Shown piece after piece: positions 58,201-64,000 of a stretch of 64,000 nt of DNA. The notes below the pieces were generated by a model. The model was not told where the DNA came from, ran no database searches, and was given only the letters and a program-made list of their open reading frames with translations. Source of the stretch: the human T2T-CHM13v2.0 reference genome, Homo sapiens; NCBI RefSeq assembly GCF_009914755.1, contig NC_060926.1. One strand, written 5' to 3'. The translations under genes were made by a program, and so were the position numbers. Numbering within the stretch: position 1 is the first letter of the stretch; the number at the start of each line of letters is the position of its first letter.

Positions 58201-58654
58201 TCTCTGGTGTGTTCATTCTCTTACATTTAGATTAATTATAAAACATTGTCACCAGAATATTAAAGTAATGTTTAATACACAGAAGGGAATAAGGTACTCT
58301 GGAAAATGCATAATTTCCCTATGATGATTTTGCCAGTTGCATGCAATATGATCTTTTGATTGCCAGCTATAGAAATATTGTGACTAAGCTTTCACTAGCT
58401 TTTTATTTTTGCAACCATCCTGTCATAGCACTTTGAAAACTGTAAGCTTGGCCCATCAAAAAAAAAAAAAAAAACAACCAAGAGTGCCCATGCTAAAGAT
58501 TTCTGTCAGCTTGGTTCCAAAGAAGGGAGATGATAGGAGAGGGTGAGCCTTGTACGGGCAGCACCTTCCACTTCAGCAAGCCTAACACAGCTGGGTGGTG
58601 GAGAAAGGATGGACTCTTACCCTCTGTACAGGCCCAACACACATGCACACCCAT

Positions 58655-58678
58655 ACACACACACACACACACACACAC
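58655..58678. repeat. (CA)n microsatellite
   Basis: Directly visible. Confidence 0.95.
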
Positions 58679-60796
58679 GTCCTTTGAACATGGGAAGGTG
58701 TCAACATTCCTAAATGGAAATCTCAAGTCCTCTCACTTGCTTCAGATTTTCCAAGCTCTACTGCAGCCATACACCCCGGAGGAATCATCTGAATCAACAC
58801 CGAGTCACAGCTAGCAGAACTCTCCTTGCTGGCAGTGGCTGAAATGGGACCAACATTCCTCAGGGGGCTGCTCCTGGGGATTGGTTACCTCCCTCTAGAT
58901 ACTGGGCTCCATCCTTGGCTGTGTTGGTTAAAAACCAAGTGTCGTTACCAGCGGAGGGCTCCTGTCCTTCGAGGTCTCTCTCCAGGTCTCCACAGGTGAA
59001 ACTTTTCCACGATGATAATCATTTAAAAAATAATCACAGTAATAGCAGAAGGAGCACTCCAACCCATCCGTCTTCCCAGCACACTCACTGGGCAAGTTGG
59101 TAACCCCATGCTTCTGTCACACCATCAAGAATGCTGGTAGAATTCTCAGTGTGTTTTAAAACTAAAATTAATTTTTAAATGTGTTTTCTGTTTATCCATG
59201 CCCCCTAATGGCAATGCACCCAGCACCTATTATCTTGTTTCTATTCTCTTCAAGGCCTCCTACGTCTCTCTGACCTCTACCCTCTGCTCTTCGAAAATAT
59301 ACTGGATGTGAAAAGCCCTCTCAACCCCAAAAGGCTCAAAGTCTTGTAGCTTAATTACCTTTCCATTTGCAACACGGAGGCCCCTTGGGTCAGAATTCAA
59401 TGTGATTTCCAGTAGGAGAGGGGATAGGTTTACTTGGCTCCAGCCCACCCCACATCTGTTCTATAGACACAAGGACCCCCTAGGCCAGGAGAGGATATAT
59501 GCTAACCTTTGCTGGCCTGGCTTTCTAGCCTTTACCTTTAACTCCAGGAGAAGAGTGGGAGCCCAGAGTGAATACAGCTTCTGAGGATAAGACTACAGAA
59601 ACTAGAGGATAATGACTATCAAAGATCAAGGCCAGTAATGTCATTGAGATCGTCATAGTCGTTACAGATGAGGCATTTTTTTATGTCTAGATAGATGTGT
59701 GTATACGGGTGGCACATGAATGGGCATGTGCTATAAATAGATATATACACAAGGAACTATATGTGTGACTGTGCATATGTGCATACTTCCCATACATATA
59801 CCATGATTCTGACTCATGGGCAAAATGGAAAAGAACGAATCTATGCAAACAGGCCCTTGGAATGCATGCTTGCATTTCCTAACCCAAGTATAGTATGTAT
59901 GACTTTTAGTGATTATGTTTTGCTGAGGCACGGATTAAGCCTTGTGCTGACATGAAGAGGGGGTGCTTAGCTAGTGAAGGAAGTTTGCCTGCTCACAGAC
60001 TTCATCTCACACAGGCCTTGCTTTCCTCCCTGTCCCCACTCAAGGTCTATACCTCACTTTTTCATTACACTTTACTATATTTCAGTGGGAGGGGAAATAT
60101 GGGGCGTCCTGGTAATAGCAGAGTGTTTTCACACCTCAGGGGAACACTTCCATGTGTGTTGAACCCCTCAGACGCCTCCCGGCCGTTCCCTTGTGACTGA
60201 TCCTTAGCATTTATTTACACGCTTGCTCCTAGGCCACCGTCCTGAGGTGGGGGTGTTGCAGGGTGGGCATTGCTGAGACTTGTGGCCATGGCAGGTCACA
60301 GGAGTGGAGACCACAGAGCTCTGGGAGAAACTCTAGGATGAAATAGAGAGTTTGCAATCCAGCACCAAAAAGGAATTCTTTATATGCCCTAAATATTATG
60401 ACTTAAGACACTGGACAGTCATAGACTAGTCCTGCTTCCAGGAGAAACAGGATAGTAGGCATGGGGGAGAGAGATAGGGAAGGACACCAGATGATATGAC
60501 TTATGACTGCAGTACAAAAATACCAAGTCTCTATTTTTGAAATGCAAGCTCCAAGAGAGTGAAGCCCCAGCCTGCACTGCCTTACTTTGTGCAGAGAATG
60601 CTTCTTTGGTTATGTATATACATGCTTGCTTATTCTAATCCATGCCTTTATTACGAAATTCATCTAATGTTGTGGCCAAATGGCAATAAAATAATATTAT
60701 TACAGGACACGGGCCTGTACCAACAAGCATATTGCAAAGAAAAAACAATATAATGTAACTTTTACAAATAGGAGAATCAAAAAATTCTTAAATCAC

Positions 60797-60925
60797 AGCT
60801 GGGTGGTGGCTCACGCCTATAATCCCAGCACCTGGGGAGGCCAAGGCAGGAGGATCATTTGAAGCCAGGAGTTTGAGACCAGCCTGGCAACAAAACAAGA
60901 CCCTGTGTCTTCAAAAAGAAAAAAA
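60797..60925 (+). mobile_element. FLAM / Alu left monomer
   Basis: Monomer with TSD aaaaaattcttaaatc. Confidence 0.9.
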
Positions 60926-61482
60926 TTCTTAAATCTCCCCTCAAAAAAGAAGTATTTGTACCTCTCTGATCTGCAAAAATCTTGTAGCGTTCTATTCTTT
61001 TTTCTGTTAGGTTTATCATTTTGCTTTGAGACATGATACTAAAGTGTTAAGTGCTTAATGAGACATGAAGTCGTCCTTTGTGTTGTAAAAATAGTCAATC
61101 CCTAGGAACTAACTGGCCTGTTTGGGCCTCAAGGTCTTTATCTTTAGGCTGTTTGTGGTGTGGTGTGGTGTGGGATCAACCCATAAGGAAGAACTTTTTC
61201 AAGCTTCTACAGTCTTTGATGGGTCTAGACCAGCACAAATGGGGAATTTAGATACAGCTTCAAACAACAGGGTCAATGTCTATTTGAATGTGTCAAGGAT
61301 GACTACATAGTTTAACCCAAGTACTGTATGCACAGCAGAATCCTTCAATGAAACAACCAGTGCCTTCCAGGATCGGCCTTCTACTGGTCTCTTGGCTTGT
61401 TTTGAATTCCCTTTCAATCTATTTCATGCCCTGCTACACTCTTCCAAAACTTTTCTATGGACATGATTTTGAATAATCATTA

Positions 61483-61820
<338 letters not shown>

Positions 61821-61829
61821 TTATTGACT

Positions 61830-62300
61830 ATAAGATAAAATACAAGCCCCTTGGCCTATTGTCAAAATTTCTCCATAACATGGCCCCAAATTAGTTTCCC
61901 ACCTTATGTTCCACTAGTTTCATAGACAAACCTCTTCCTGCCATACTGGTCTGGTCAGTGCCCTCCAGACACTGCAGTACTGCCTTGAACTGGTTTGCTG
62001 TCATCTTTTCTCTCTGTCATCTAAATTCTAGCCTGTCTTTGATGGCTAAAAGCCTAACATCTCTGTGGGCCTCAGAGAAATTATCTTCCTCTGCATTCCT
62101 CCAGTTGGCATCTCTCACTAATGGATTAATCATATTACCCTCTCCTATTGTTATGTGCTTTTATGCATATAATCTTAGCCCCCCCATAGGACCAACTGTA
62201 ATCCCTTTGAGGACAGGGGTTTGATCTTGTACCTATTTATAGTTCCCCATGTGCCTAGAGCCTCTTGCACACTGCAGGCTGGGGGAAAATATTTGCTTAT
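61830..62300. mobile_element. L2 3' fragment
   Basis: ccctttgaggacaggggttttgatcttgtacc...ccccatgtgcctag...aaaatatttgc. Confidence 0.6.
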
Positions 62301-63370
62301 GCTGATGATCTGAGAAAGATAATACTGCAAACAGGAGAAGTAAAGATTTCTTTGTCTTGTTCCATTTGGAATGAATTAGTGGCAGGTAATCAGTTAGAGG
62401 TCAGTTCAGAAGGTTAAAATACGTGGACTTATCCCCTGTTACAGGTCTCTTATCTTTACAAAGATTGTGTTCCTGTTACTAACCTCTTTCTAAATCATTG
62501 GTGTTGTTATTTACAAGAAGGACTGGGCCAAATATGTGAGGAAACATCAATGTATACTCATCCCTACCATTTGAAAAACAAGTTTTAAGTGTGTGTACCA
62601 CTGATGAAGTATGAAGAATAACGTTCCCATTCATTCCAGAGTACTCAGGCCCTTTGCCTGGGACTGCTAGCTACACATGCAAAGTGAATTCTATATCAGC
62701 ATTTTGTAAAGCCCACTATTCTCACCGTACCAGCTTAACTGCAACCAGTTATTTAATAGGATTCTAATTAATTTAATTCTCCACTGGTAGCAATTTCTGA
62801 TGCACAATGTCTGTGCCTTTTACCTCTTTGCATCCCTTCCCCAGCACTTAACTCAGCAGGTTGCATATAGCAGGAACCTAATAAATATTTGTTGATTGAA
62901 CAAATGAATGAGCCATACGGCAGATGGAGAATACTGGAGAGTGAATTCCTCAGATATGCCTCACAAAACCATACCGGTCCTCCCAGCATCAGAAATGGAC
63001 AGAAATGCAAGTACCACAGCACGAAATGGCACCAGCCTTGCTCCATAGTCTGCAGAACCAGAGCCCTCAAAGCAAAACCACTTTGAATAGACTTCTTAAT
63101 CAGTTTAATTAGCACTGCTGTTAATTTTTTAAGATGGTAAACTCAGCATTGGCATTACAAGTGGTAAGAAAATTTCAGGATGAGGTAGATACTAGGAGTC
63201 AAAAGGTAGAGGTTGGGAGTAAGCATTCTGTAGTTATATGACAGTAGTAGTACTATTTGCAAAACCTTAGACATGTCATTTAAAGTCTCTCTAAGCTTAA
63301 GTAGAATGAAAATAATAATAGTACCTATACCACACGATGATCAGGAAGAAGAAATAAGAACATGCATGGA

Positions 63371-63739
<369 letters not shown>

Positions 63740-64000
63740 TTATTTCTACTTTAACCTACGTTTTCCTCTTTACCAAGCTCTGGGCAGTCTGCCAATCAAG
63801 GACGAGAAGGGTTAGGTTCTCAGTCAGAGATCACATTTCAGAAACATCTGGGCCTGGATCTCCAGGCACCCGAAGAAGTTTGGTGCTTTGCCACCCTCAG
63901 TGAGATGCCGAGGCCCTGTGGGAAAGGGCTGCCCTCCGTGCTACCCTCCAGCAGGAAAAGGGGTGAAGAGGGACCCCCAACCTTAAAGTACAACCAAAGT

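Noticed and set aside
60685-60690. AATAAA after a UTR-like stretch
   Set aside because: Single hexamer with no linked exon evidence

Overview
This is primate, almost certainly human, non-coding genomic DNA (intronic or intergenic). It is rich in Alu, MIR, L2, L1, MaLR and MER elements, and I cannot support any intact cellular protein-coding gene. The main features are a retrotransposed U1 snRNA pseudogene (~2.3 kb), an env-deleted HERV-H provirus (35141-40316), a MER4-type solo LTR interrupted by a 5'-truncated L1PA, about 20 Alus, and a 43-unit perfect (AAAGG)n tract grown from an Alu tail. The most unusual signals are four. (1) An Alu at 21100-21500 carries two short inverted copies of nearby flanking DNA, one from each side. 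(2) A ~200-240 bp MaLR-derived unit occurs three times about 2 kb apart; two copies share an Alu and the third is pasted into a MIR with templated junctions. (3) The HERV-H has LTRs of different subtypes and no canonical target-site duplication (TSD). (4) The HERV-H leader contains a 64-bp tandem repeat of about 8.5 units. Repeat subfamily names come from recalled consensus sequences, not a search, and boundaries of old repeats are approximate.
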